Positions 13,337 through 26,859 of a stretch of 64,000 nucleotides of DNA are shown one piece after another (position 1 is the first letter of the stretch; each line of letters starts with the position of its first letter). Both the position numbers and the translations under genes were made by a program. The stretch covers positions 92,632-156,631 of the forward strand of contig MNCI01001419.1 in assembly GCA_015680685.1 (NCBI GenBank). The letters run 5' to 3'. Below the pieces are notes generated by a model. It worked only from the letters and a program-made list of their open reading frames with translations, had not been told where the DNA came from and did no database searches. The stretch is from Gnetum montanum (lineage: Eukaryota; Plantae; Gnetophyta).

Positions 13337-13650
13337 AGAAAAGTTATTCTATCTATTGGAGTTTCATAGCTAGGTAGAGATGGAGTAGATGAAGGGGAAG
13401 GTTAATCTAGCTATGGGAGTATAGAAAACCATTAGCCAAGGATTCCAATCTGAGGGAATCCTATTCCTCAAATAAGAACTCCAAGGGCTCCAACAGTGTT
13501 CAATACTTCTTAGAGAAAGCTTGACAATGAAGATGAGGCAAGGCTTGCTAGATCATTCAAAAATAATTTAAGACTTCCATATGTAGAGTTTAATAATTTT
13601 AATGGTGTAGATGACGCCAATGCTTTTGCAAGGTAGCTAAAGATACTTAA

Positions 13651-14570
13651 TGATGAAGTGCTAGACGGTTGTTGCGTTTACTAGGCCAAGTATATAGGAC
13701 CCCGTATACATGGCCGCGTCAACATAGCCCCGTATACGTGCCCTCGTTGACACATCCTTCCATGCATTGACATGGCCCCATTTACATAGCACCTATTTCG
13801 GCCAATAAATAAGTGGGCTGCCACCAGACTTAGGTACCTTTTTTTTTAGTTGTAGCGAAGCTCTTGCAGTTTGTTTCTGCGAGAGTTAGAATATTTTCTA
13901 AGTGCCTGTAGTAGGTGTAAGAAAGGTATCTGGCTCTTTATTCGAGCACTGATGTACCTAAGCCCATTGGCATGAATAGTAATAAAGATGAGCTTTCCAA
14001 TCATTCCTCATAGCAATTGGACTTAGTCATTTAATGCATTTGATAGTTTAATATTTCTATGCTTTAATAGTTCCTTAAGTTTCTCTTGTTATTATTTTAA
14101 TCGCTATCACTCATTTATAGTTCGTAGAAACCATAAGTACAACCATCTCAAACATAAACCCAACGCTTGACAACCTAGCGACGCTTAACGTCTGGTAACC
14201 GAGTAGTGGTTAGGGGATGCTTAGGATGTGCATGGAAGATGGTATCAGATACTTATGTTAGGGAGAGTTAGAATATAGATTAGGATAATTATAGATTACA
14301 TAATATTTCATTCCTTACTTTCCATTATGAGAATTAGATGCTAGAAGATAAAGCAAAAAGCCATAAAAATTAGTTACCTCAATCTCACTAAACCATTACC
14401 ACTAGAACATCACAAGTGAGGTTGGGAAGACAACAACCATTCTAACAAAGGGATTTTCTTGTTAAGATCTAGTGTATGAAAAGTGCTTACAGTCTACAGA
14501 ATTTGACTAAGTTGCATGTGAACACTTGTGATTTGCATGGTTGGGCATAGGGGTACCTAGCTGCTCATCA
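13651..14570 (+). repeat. 5' LTR of element A
   Basis: TGATGAAGTG...GCTCATCA; homologous to 25903-26859. Confidence 0.95.
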
Positions 14571-14589
14571 TTAGCATCGTTGCCAGGGA
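14571..14589 (+). promoter_or_regulatory. Primer-binding site (tRNA-Asp type, deaminated)
   Basis: TTAGCATCGTTGCCAGGGA matches the Athila PBS TGGCGCCGTTGCCGGGGA apart from transitions. Confidence 0.8.
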
Positions 14590-14734
14590 CTGTTAGTCTT
14601 ACATGCACCATTTAACCTTAGAAAAATTATTATTCACATCATTGGAACAGATCCAGGATAGTAACATTTACGCATGCTAGGTGGACTAAGTAAAAAGTAA
14701 GGTACACCAAGAAGTGGATTATCTAATATCCAAC

Positions 14735-17700
14735 ATGTCTTCTTCTCATAGGTGAGATGATTCCAACCCACCAGTGCCACAAGAATGTCAGGTGGTCTAC
14801 ACGCATCCTAATGAATATTTCCCCGACTTCACCTTCATCCTACATTAGGATGAACATTCACGATGGCAGAACATGGAAGGAAACATCATACTACTGCCTA
14901 ACCGATGGGCTCCTGGAATGCTGTTTCACAATCTTGCTAGACTAGGCATCTAAGACTGTGGTGTAGAGTACATCATGGAGGACCATGACTACTGGGACTA
15001 TCATCCCACTAAGGCCCAACAAGCATGAGATCAGTAGCAGGAAGTACAGTATGAACACATGAAGGGGAAACAATTCAGTAATTCCTTATTCTTGCAAGGG
15101 CTGCAGGATGATGGGGAGCCTATCTTTCATGATTCCCATTTGGCTGAACTTCCTCTTGGGCACCAAATCATTTAGTCCATCATCCATAGCAAGAAATCAA
15201 GTGACCAGGACCCCCAAGAGGATGGAGGGTCACGTTAGAGAAGTCATGACACATGCAAAGATAGACAAAAAGATTGAGGCTACCATAAGAGAAGAGGGGG
15301 AGATCAAAATCGGGATGGTGGCAATCCCTCTCCCTCTTCTCCATCCTCCCGCTCCCCTCTACCTTCATCCAGTTCAAACTCTGATCATAACTGTGGTAGA
15401 AAGGGGAGGTGATGGTGATCATAAGGACTGAAAGGAATGATGTGAGGAAGCATGTGACCAATTGCACAAGGCTAACCGTCATGAAAGGAGGGATTGCCAA
15501 AGTCATCATAGACATTGTGGTCCTTAGTAGGAATATGACTTGGATGAGCCATTGTTGGCTACTCAAAGCATGCTCCATATCATTGAGGTAGTTTGAATAC
15601 CCAACAAGCACTTGAAAGATAGCTGGATTAAACCCATTGACATGAAAAGCATCCCCAAATTTGAAGGGGGATATAATCCTGATCCGCAAACTCACTTGTA
15701 GGCGTTCCATGATGCTTGCACCTTGTAGAATATTGATAATGATTGGTAGAAGCTTAAGTTGTTCCCTCACACACTCATCAAGGAAGAAGAAAGCTGGTAC
15801 TGGTCTTTGGAACCAGAATCAATCAGAAGATGGAGTACGATGCTTGAGATTTTCAATGACAAGTATCAAACCTACTCTAGAGTGGAAAATCTAAGACATC
15901 AAATCCAAGACTGGAAGCAAGGGAATCATGAACCCTTGGATGTAGCCATGAGTAGTTACTATTCATTGTTACATCGATGCCCTGGTCATGGCTACTCTTA
16001 GTGGGCATAACTTCACCATATCATGGATGGGCTCCACTTTGAATCTAGAAAGACCCTTGGCATGTACACCCAGGGACGATTATCAGAACTAAGGGCTCAT
16101 CAACTACAATGCCTCATTGAGCAAGTGGCCAAAGAAGAGGGGGAACTCAGAAAGAAGGAGAGTGTAGAGGAGTTTAATCGGGATCCCTCCATTAGAAAGA
16201 GGGAGGTCCAATTCTATGAAGAGGAGGAGGAATCACCACTAGGTGCAGTGGTGAATCGAAAAACCTTGCCCCTATAGAAATTTGCCTCTAAAATATCAGC
16301 AAAGGTTTACAAGATGTGGGATTCTTTGGATGAAAGATTCCAAAGTGTTCTGAAAATTGCAGAGGAGTCTAGAGAGCAAGGTAATAATCATGATCAGTGT
16401 AGGAAGAAGAAAGCTGAACGTGCCGATCATAAGGGTAAGAGAAAAGTTGTTGTAGCTAAACAGGTTGTAGACTCTGACACAAAGGAGGATGATGACTATG
16501 AAATATGCCAATACGAACATCCTAAGGGGTTTTGTCCCATGGTGTCACATCTACAAGAGTCTAGGGTGTATGTGTTGAACCCTTGCATGGAAAAGAGGAA
16601 AACACCCCGAAGTTTTCCTAACCGACAAGGCAATCCTAGGCAGTTCCATCACCAGTAGCAAGGATATTATCCAAGTGGAGCACTACCACAACCTTATGAA
16701 CACTTTTAGTAGTGGTATCACCCACAAGCATGGGGGGTGCCACCTCCAAGGTAGAAGTGCTCTTACCAATAACTAGATCCCTATGGCTACTATGTTCAGC
16801 AACCAGTCTCTCCACGGGACTCTTCCAGTCATGCAACATTTTAGAGTTACTACCACCCCTTGGAATATTTTTGACCACAATCTCTATCACCTAGGGGGAA
16901 AAGCCCACATATTTACTATCCTCCATCACCTTCTCTTACCATCCCTACTCAACAGCACCCCACTCAGCTACCACCTACTCCACCTATGTAGGGGGAAATT
17001 CCAAATTTACTAATTCGTGGAGTCCCCTCATCTATTTTTAGTTGGTAGGAAATGAGCCATGTAAAGCTCTTTTGGATTCCGGGTTAGGTATCAATTTGAT
17101 TTCACATGACATGTACAAGAACTGGAACCTGCCCCTATTAAAGAAGAGCAACATTCAGCTCGAGCTAGCAGACCAATCCATCATTGTTCCCTTGGGATTG
17201 GTAGAATACATTGTGATCACCATTTGCGAGTGGTCTTATCCTCCTGATTTCCTTGTCATCCATGTGGAGAGTTGCAAGGGGAACTTTCCTATCATAATGG
17301 GAAGAGCCTGGCTGAGCATGATGGATGCAAGACTAGGACTCCAAGATCTTTCCCTTGAAATCTCAAAGGAAAATCCTTTTGGAAAGATCGAGAAGAAGCA
17401 TGTTCAATGCATCACATATAGTGACTTTGGGTGCAATTGTGTGCAACAGCTATGGTCCACCAAGTGGACATCTATTCAAGCATGTAGTTGATGTACGAAA
17501 GAATCGCTAGTTCAACAATGCCTATATGCAGCAGCCATAAATCAAGAAGGCACCTAGTCGTGGACCACTAATTTTGCTAGTAGCACTCTATGCATGGAAC
17601 CATCCGAGGAGCTTGTATGATCCTACATAGAAAGCATGGACTAGTTAGAAGATGTTCATCAACAAGTATCCACTATTGATGACCATGATGATTGGGGAAA

Positions 17701-20530
17701 GTTGCAAATCCATAAAAGTTTCAAACAAGAGCCCTTGGAACTCAAATCCTTACCAGCCCACTTAGAACATTCATTTTTATAGAATGCAAAATCAGTAATT
17801 ATCAATGCCACCCTTACTTCTAAATAGAAGAAAAAATTGTTGAAGGTGGTGAACAAATGGGAAGCTGCTTTTGCATGGTCCTATCTTGAGCTAATTGGAG
17901 TTGATCCAAAGGTCTGCCAACATTGAATTTATATTGACCCCTCCATGAAGCCATGACATCAACCACAAAGACAGCTGAATGCCAAATTGAAGCAAGTCGT
18001 CAAAGATGAAATTGTGTAGTTGCTAAAATAGGGGTTCATCTATTCCTTTGCCGATAGAAAATGGGTTAGCCCACTCGTTATTGTGCCAAAGAAGGGTGGT
18101 AAATGGAGGATCTATATAGATTTCTGATTGCTCAACATGGCTACCTTCAAAGATCACTTTCCACTCCCATTTGTGGACCAAGTGTTGGATACCATTGCAG
18201 TTATCATTATTACAGCTTTTTGGATGGTTATAGTGGCTATAACCAAATCCAAATTGCACCAGAGGACTAGGCCAAGACAACTTTCACAAGTCCCTAGGGG
18301 ACTTTTGCATACAAAAAGATGCCTTTTGGCCTATGTAATGCACCTGCCACTTTCCAACACCTTGTCCTCAGCATCTTCCAGCAACAAACTGGCAATGGGG
18401 TAGAAGTCTTCATGGATGACCTCTCTACCTATGGGGCCACATTCGATCAAGCCTTGGACCACCTTGAGCAAGTTCTGAAAAGATGTGTGGACACTAACCT
18501 ATACCTCAATTGGCAGAAAAGCTACCTAATGATCCAAGAGGGCATTGTGCATGTATTTCACAGATAGGGATTAGCATGGATCTTGACAAAATTAGGGTCA
18601 TCCAAGGAATCACCCACCAACCAAGCACTGTAAAAGATGTTCGATCATTCCTTGGTCACACTGGTTACTACTGGCATTTCATCAAAAATTTATCAAAAAT
18701 CACCAAGATGTTGGTGGAACTTACAAAGAAAGATGCTCCAGTCATCTGGACCAAGGAATGTGAATCCACATTTCAAACACTTAAACAGAAACACGTAGAG
18801 ACTCTAGTCCTACAGGCACTTGATTAGTCCAGACCTTATCACATCATGATGGATGCATCCAACTATGCATTGGAAGCTATGCTTACACAATGTGATGATA
18901 AAAAATGTCCATACTATATTCATTGTGCAAGCTGTAGCATTGTGAGTGCCTAGCTTATTTACACCGCCATCGAAAAGGAGTTGATGAAGGTGGTGTTCAC
19001 CTTGGAAAAATTCTGACACTATGTGCTCAGGTATAAGGTGTTCATGCATATTGATCATAGTGCCATCCAGTTCCTGATGAACAAACCAATGGTGAGCCCC
19101 CATATCATACGGTGGCTAGTGATTCTTTAGGAATTTGACCTTACCATGGTAGATCAGAAGGGAACTAAGAATGTTTTTGCTGACCAGTTATCTCAATTAT
19201 GATGGGATGACATAGGAGAAGAGGAGCCCTAGTTCGACCAATTCCCCGATGAACTTCTCTTTGTGGAAGCAGTCGATCCATAGGTGCCCAAGGAATCACC
19301 TTGGTTCAACCACATCCTCACCTACCTTACAACTCAGGAATTGCCAAAGGAGTGGAACCATCGGCAGAAACAACAGTTTCTCCATAAGGCCAAGTGCTTC
19401 ATGGAGATCAATGGCCACCTTTACAAGGTGTGCATAGATGGCCTAGTTCGATGGTGTGTCCCTCATGATGATACACTGCACATCCTCCAAGATGCTCATG
19501 AGGGCCCTTGTGCGGGCCACTATGCTGGACATTGCATAGCCATTAAAATCCTACTTGTAGGATATTACTGGCCCACAATCTTCAGGGATGCACAATGGTT
19601 TGCCTGCTCCTACGAACAATGCCAAAGAGACAGTGGTATGACTACATGCTTGGAGGGACCTTAATAGTGTATCCAATCACTAGACCGCTTCGACATTTGG
19701 GGCATCGATTTCATGGGATCCATCACACCCCTATCCAATGAGAAGGCATGTATCATAGTCTCCATAGACTACTACACAAAGTGTGTGGAGGCAGTAGCCA
19801 TCATTGACTATTCCTTAAACACTGCCACACGATTTGTCCAACAGCAAATTGTCAACAGGTTTGGAGTGCCACGTGCACTCAGCTCGAACAATGGGATTCA
19901 TTTCACAGGTGTCACTTTTCGTAAACTCATGCAACACTTGGGGGTTACTCATAAATTTGCAATACCTTATCACCCCCAAGCCAATGGGTAGGCCGAAGTC
20001 ACCAATAGGGAGATCACCAAGATCCTCACCTGAACCATTAGCAAATATAGGAGGGATTGGAGCACCGAACTTAATGATGCCCTCTGGGCCTATTGCTCCA
20101 CTTGGAAACTTCCTATAGGTTACTCTCCCTATGAGTTAGTGTATGGTAAGCTACCAAAACTTCCAATCTAGGTAGAACTCTGTACTCTATCCACAACTAG
20201 TGACTTAGGCCTTAACCTACCACTAGCACAATGTGAATGACTTATCAACTTAAGTGTGCTAGATGAGGATCGATTAGTATCTTTGTTGTCAAATAAGATC
20301 CAAAAGGCCTATAATAAAAAATTACATGATCTTAGGATTCAGAAGGTCACATTTAGATGTGGAGACAAGGTGTTGTATTGGAACCCCACACATGTACCAC
20401 AACTGACCAAGTTTCAAACACTATGGAAGGGACCTTACATTGTCTCCGAAACCTTTCCATCCGAGGCCTTGCTTATCCACAAACCTGAGGATCCATAAGA
20501 ATGTAGTTTATCAATCGAAAATAGCTAAAA
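14735..20530 (+). pseudogene. gag-pol of element A (disrupted)
   Basis: gag FPHTLIKEEESWYWSL; protease ALLDSGLGINLI (about 17065); RT WVSPLVIVPKKGGKWR, MPFGLCNAPATFQ, VFMDD (about 18406); RNaseH DASNY; integrase H.GPCAGHY...C..CQ, WGIDFMG, YHPQANG, WKGPY. Many TAG/TGA stops. Confidence 0.92.
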
Positions 20531-22409
20531 CCTTTTTGTGAACTCCACCTAACTAATGCTACCAGCTCATCATTGTCGGGACAACCTTGTTCCATCTGTT
20601 GCATCTCCTCCTTTCCGCCCAGTCATGGGGGAGACCATCCTCCATACTAATCCATTCCACTATGCTCCTCATTATTTTTGGAACTTTTTGTTTTACACTT
20701 TTTTATTTTTCACCATCATTTCTACATTTTCCAATTCTTACTAACTTTTCTTTTCTTTAATAACTTTTTGCATTTATTTGTCAATGATTTATGCATATCT
20801 GTGTTTACTTTTTAATTCGTTGCTAATAAGTCATTGTATTATCATCAGGTGTTTCCTGCGGATGGCTTTCATTGTGTTGGGTCATGTGTAATAGTCCACC
20901 TAGTTTATCTTGCTCCTGCCCTCACATTATTGACCTTGGGCTTTACGTCTATTGTCATCTCATAAAATCAGTAGTGAGTCCACGTCATCCACCCATTCAC
21001 CCACTCCATGGTTTTTCTTCCTTTGAAAACATGCAACCCCTTCACTTAAAAAACATTTTAATTAATGTGTGACTTGTGTAGTTCCCAGACTCAAGGATGA
21101 TCCAATGGTTTGAATTGGGTGTGACTTCAAGGGGAATAAAACATTCATCATCCTCTTCTGTTTCCCAAGTCGCCAGTGTGTCCTTACGGATTTCCTACCA
21201 TTCCACATTCTTCTCTACAAGGAAGCTCCTATGCAATTTGACCTTGCATGGTGTGGTCCTGACCACAAAAATTTAAAAATTGAAAAAAAAAAATAATAAA
21301 CATGAGGATTCAAAGCACACCCCTTAGACCACCTCTCATGGGCCACAAGCACTAGCTATGGGACTTCCTTCATCCCCTCCAACTTAGTCCCGTTTCACTT
21401 CCTTTCTCTCATGTCTATTGGAGTGGTGGTTCTCTATAAGTGCATTCCTGTTCACTTGGGAGATGGCTAGGGCTTCTCCTGTTGTTGCAATGTCACTGTA
21501 TGTGGATGGTTTTGGGTCTGAACTTAGTAAAGGTCCTACCATGTCACTTAACCACAACTTTACACGGGGTTTCATGTGACCGATGATCGGAATTCCCATT
21601 CTCTCATTTCTCTCTTCACCCATTTCTCTCTGTAACTTACCTCACTGCCCATCTTATGTTTTGAAAGTTTGTTGTGGCTTCCATGGACTTCTCATGGCTT
21701 GGTTGGTTCACTTGTATGGGAGTCATAACTTATGATCACCATTTCTTAACCCTGGTGCCCATGGACTCCGATGTTAAGGATATGCAAGGGCTACTAAGGC
21801 TATCACCTATTATGGGGAGGACCCACTTGCATATTCTTGGTCTTGTTTGTTAAGTCCCCCATCCTTTTGATTGCATGATTGATTATTTTCATGTCCCATC
21901 GCTCGATTTCTTCCCCGTGGAGTTCTTTTTTCCCATGTTCTCCTACATTTGACTCTTTTTCTAGCCCGGTTTACCCTCCTCATGTCCTCAATCATGTTCT
22001 CAATGTCTTACACTCTTCCATCATCCCAATTTGGTGTTTCAAATTCATTTTTTTGGGGTTTTTCTGGTTGGTCAATGGGAGCAACCCCCTGTGTATATGG
22101 GGCCCTATATATGCAACCCCCTACATATACATAGCCTCGTCGATGTAGCATACAACCCCTATCTATATGCCCATTGTGCCTACAATTTTCATCATTTTGC
22201 AAACAAATTAGAGGGATATTTTGNAAAAATAATAGCTTAAAATCCAACTTATCCCTTGTTGTTTCTAGCTCTAACCCATGAATTAACACTCCAGGGGATT
22301 TAATGGAATGCCTGTGCCAACATCATAACTTAGTCGAACTGAGAAAGTGTATGAGGGCCATTTTGGACAGCTTGTGCACAGTCTAATTGGTGGTTATGTT
22401 TGATTGCAG

Positions 22410-25400
22410 ATGGCACTAAAACCAAGGCATCCAAGGGATGAAGGACCATCAAAACCTAGGGACAACTATCCATAAACTGGAAGGGGATGAGGCGTGCAGC
22501 AACCAGAGCATGTGGAGGGCTCTCATGCAATTGGCCCCCTCGATGAAAAACCTGATGTGGAATCTGTCCATCAGATTCCCAAAGAGGAGATTCCCAACGG
22601 GCAATCACAAGGGCATGAAACTCTGAGGATAGTACCATGGCTTGAGATCACCCTAACCCAAGCATGTCTTGATGCTATCAAGCCACGAGATGTACAAGGA
22701 ATGGTCCTACAAGAGTTAAAATTTGGACCATTTCTCAAGAATGCACCAGAAGATGTGAGACTTCAACTACAAAACTCTCCTATGTGGCTAGTTATCACAA
22801 CCAGTGGTGAATGGTACCTAGGAGAGATCTATCTCTTCTGGACAAATCGACAACCAGGGTCTAGAGTAAGAATTAAATACATCTATGTCTCTTACTCTGT
22901 AGAAGAAATTGTTTAAGATCTGGGGTTGCCAGAGACCGGAGTAGATGTGGTGGAGATTCCGAAACAAGCAGACCCTTAGGTAAAAGGGGAGTGGATTAGG
23001 TGGTGCTATGGGATAGATTGCAAGGAGTTTGACACTCTAACCACCATGGAGAGGGTATATTCAAAGATCACATCTTACCACCTATACCCAACAATGATAC
23101 CTAGAAAAATCACGGCCTTATCCGCTCGTGCATGTGCTACCTTAAGTGGAAATTTTCCAATGAGTCTTTCATAGTTGTTATTCTTGGAAATTGAAAAGAG
23201 GTTTGTCAAAAGCGAACATGGAAGATGAGCTCTCCCCTTCCCCTACCTAATCAGAAAGTTGTGCAAATGGGTAGTGATAGCACGATATGCCAATGATACA
23301 CTTTGGCACGCCCCGATTGCCTCATGGAGGGAAATGATGAAGGATAGGACTCTGGCCACTAGACACACTAAGGAGGAGCAAAAGCCACCTCCAACCCCTG
23401 CACAAACAATGAGGTCAGGTTCACAAACTATTACATAATACATCTAGAAAATCCAACAATCACTCTTGAGCCAGCAAGAGCAATCTGGAAGGATCGATGG
23501 AGGAGAAGACCCTTCGATCCATTGCCCTACAATGAGCCACCTGGAGTAAGTGGCTCGATTAGTCAGTTTGTTAGAAAGAGTAGGGTCGATGTTCTCCATC
23601 GCCCGAACGCAAGTGCTAGCAAGAACAGATCCTAGCATCCAAGAGGTAATGGTATCAACTCAACAACTATTCCTTGAAATCTCAGGGAATGCCGCTACCT
23701 TCTCAGTATGTCTGGAAGATGGTGAGGGGGTGATAGTCCTGGTGATGCAGCACCAAGAATAGGAGATTGCTATCGAAGTGGTTGATGATACGATTGTTAT
23801 GGCTCTCAACACACTAGCGGCACCTGTACTAGACATACATGGACTTCAATATGTACAGGCATCCACTAAAACTTCACGTAGCAAGATTGATGTAGCACAA
23901 CATGAAGAATTGTTGGACCGACTAGTGGAAACTGGGAAACTACTGACGGATGTCTTTGACCTTCCAGATAACATCATTGCAACCCAGTCAGAGCTGCTCT
24001 TGGCAAGGGGTAAGATCCTTATTTTAGAAGGGCAACTTGAAGTTGCTCAATCCACTTGTCAATGCTTGGCAATAAAGGTGGCCCAATGAAGGACCCAACT
24101 TGCCGATCCAACTCTCCTCAACCATGAGCTCACTAGAGATGAAGCTTTTCAACAACTTCAAGTCAAACTTTAGATTGTTGAGGATGAGCAAGAGTCGACG
24201 ATCCTTGATAAGTCCTTGGTAGATGCTCAAACATATCACATAAATAAGGACTTGATAGAGGTTCACTGGGAGAACATCAGGTTGACTGCGAAGGTCCATC
24301 GCCTGTGTAATTTTGGTGCTAAAAACGAGCACATGAAAAACTTTATTTACCAACAGCAAGAAGAGCTAGCCAAGGTGAATGCCGATGTGAGAAGGTTGGC
24401 CACTGAGAATCGAAATCTATCCATGGAGGAGGTTTGAACCTTACAATAGAAATCTACCATCGAAATTGCTACTTGGAAGAATGAGGCCCTAAAATTTTAA
24501 AAATTCAAGAAGCATTATAGGAACCAAGTGGGATTGCAAAAGGAAGTGAATGAGAAAAAAATTCAAGTCGCAAAGGCTAACATGAACCAAGAACTTTAAA
24601 AACTCCAAGAAGGAGGCGAGATATGGAAACCTATCTTTGATGGGTTGAATGCCCATAATCAAGCTGAAATCTGCCTTAAGGAACTACAAATTGAGGAAAT
24701 GATAGAGTATATGGAGCTTGCCAACCTTTGCTATGCAAACCTGGTTATGCTCACAGCTAGGAGACCATGGTCTAAATTGGAAAAGAAAGTGGCTTCCTCA
24801 TATTCTCTATATAAGGGTGACTTCCAAGTGCACAAAGTGATGAAACAGAAATTGGAAATAGAAAATGCGAAACTCAAGGTTCTCCGCACATGATTTGAAG
24901 GATACCGTATGGTTGCAGAGAGCTTGGCTCATTGAATGAATGACTACCAGTAGCTGCAGACATCAATTCAAGCATTTGATATTGAATGAAAATAGTTCAC
25001 AACCTAGTTTGTCAACTTGAAAGAACTTTTTCCTGTGCTATCGTGCCCTTGGGAGGTTCCTGTCCGAACACACATTGGTGAAGTCACCTGGACAGTGAAT
25101 GATCCTGGAAGTAAGGAGGAAAAGATGAAATCGAGCAGTTGCTAAAAGCAGGGTTCATCTATTCCATTGCCAATAGTGAATGGGCCATCCCACTCATTAT
25201 TGCACCGAAGAAGAATGGCAAATGGACTGTCTGTATAGATTTCTGATTGCTCAACATGGCTACCTTCGAAGATCACTTTCCACTCCCATTTGTGTACCAA
25301 GTGTTGGATACCATTGCAGGGCATTGTTATTACAGCTTTTTGGATGGTTATAGTGGCTATAACCAAATCCAAATTGCACCCAACTATCACAAGTCCCTAG

Positions 25401-25730
25401 GGAACTTTTGCATTCAAAAAGATGCCTTTTGGCCTGTGTAATGCACCTGCCACTTTCCAATGTCTTGTCCTCAGCATCTTCTAGCAATAAATTGGCAATG
25501 GGGTAGAAGTCTTCATGGATGACTTCTCTACCTATGGGGCCCTCTTGGAGGCCTTTCGGTTGCATCCAGAAGTTGGAGCTACTGTGGGGCAGCCATCATT
25601 CATGCCACCACCACTGCATGGACTAGAGGCTAGTGAAGGCCTGCCAGAACCACTGCCACCAGGGATGGTATGATCTTCTGTGGAAATTTTTGAATATTTC
25701 TACACAACAGAGGATTCAGGACTAGCAAGG
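22410..25730 (+). pseudogene. Extra (env-like) ORF of element A, about 1000 codons when reconstructed
   Basis: The ATG follows a splice-acceptor-like TTTGATTGCAG. Contains LPFPYLIRKLC and a long coiled-coil-like C-terminal half, lies between integrase and the 3' LTR, and is homologous to B 548-3060. Confidence 0.75.
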
Positions 25731-25902
25731 TGTTCAATTTTGTTTTTGAACACCACCATTTTTGTAATTTGTCCTTCTCTATATACTCGGGCACTTGGCG
25801 CATGATGTGTGTATGTGTGTCATATGCGCTGTATATAAAAGTCCATACCTTCCAAATTGTAAGAGGAACTTGGGGACAAGTTTTTACTTAGTTGTGGGGG
25901 TA

Positions 25903-26859
25903 TGCTGAAGTGCTAGATGGTTGTTGCATTTACTAGGCTACGTATACGCGACCCCGTATATGTGGCTGCATTGACGTAGCCCCATATACGTGGTTGTGTT
26001 GATGCAGCCCCGTATACACGGCCTCGTATACGTGGCCTTGTCAACGCATCCTTCCATGCATCGATGTGGCCCCATTTATGTGGCACCTATTTCGACCTAT
26101 AAATAAGTGGGCTCCTACCACACTTAGGTTCCTTTTTATCAGTTGTAGCGAAGCTCTTGCAGTTTCCACAAGAGCTAGAATATTTTCCAAGTGCCTGTAG
26201 TAGGTGTAAGAAAGGTGTCTGGCTCTTTATTCGAGTGCTGATGTACCTAAGCCCATTGGCATGAATGGAAATAAAGATGAGCTTTTCAATCATTCCTTGC
26301 AGTAATTGGACTTAGTCATTTAATGCATTTGATAGTTTAATATTTCTATGCTTTAATAGTTCCTAAAGTTTCTCTTGTTATTATTTTAATCGCTATCACT
26401 TGTTTATAGTTCGTAGAAACCATAAGTACGACCATCTCAAACATACACCCAACGCTTGGCAACCCAGCGACACTTAACGTCTGGTAACCCAATAGTTGTT
26501 AGGGGATGCTTAGGATGTGCATGGAAGATGGGATCAGATACTTATGCTAGGGAGAGTTAGAATATAGATTAGGATAATTATAGATTACATAATATTTCAT
26601 TCCTTACTTTCCATTACAAGAATTAGACGCTAGAAGATAAAGTAAAAAGCCATAAAAATCAGTTGCCTCAATCTCACTTAACCATTGCAACTAGAACATC
26701 AAAAGTGAGGTTGGGAAGACAGAGACCGTTCTAACAAAGGGTTTTGCTGGTTAAGGTCTGGTGTATGCAAAGTGCTTATAGTTTACAGAATTTGACCGAG
26801 TTGCATCTGAACGCCTGTGATTTGCATGGTTGGGTGTAGGGGTACCTAGCCGCTCATCA
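25903..26859 (+). repeat. 3' LTR of element A
   Basis: Preceded by PPT TAGTTGTGGGGG; ends GCTCATCA; followed by CTTAT. Confidence 0.95.

Larger units (their letters stand above)
13651..26859 (+). mobile_element. Full-length degenerate Athila-like Ty3/Gypsy element A (13.2 kb) with extra ORF
   Basis: Paired LTRs 13651-14570 and 25903-26859; TSD CTTAA/CTTAT; Asp-tRNA-type PBS; PPT; domain order gag-PR-RT-RH-IN followed by an extra ORF. Confidence 0.95.

Noticed and set aside
15180-15770. 196-aa minus-strand ORF
   Set aside because: Antisense to the gag of element A; no recognisable motif.
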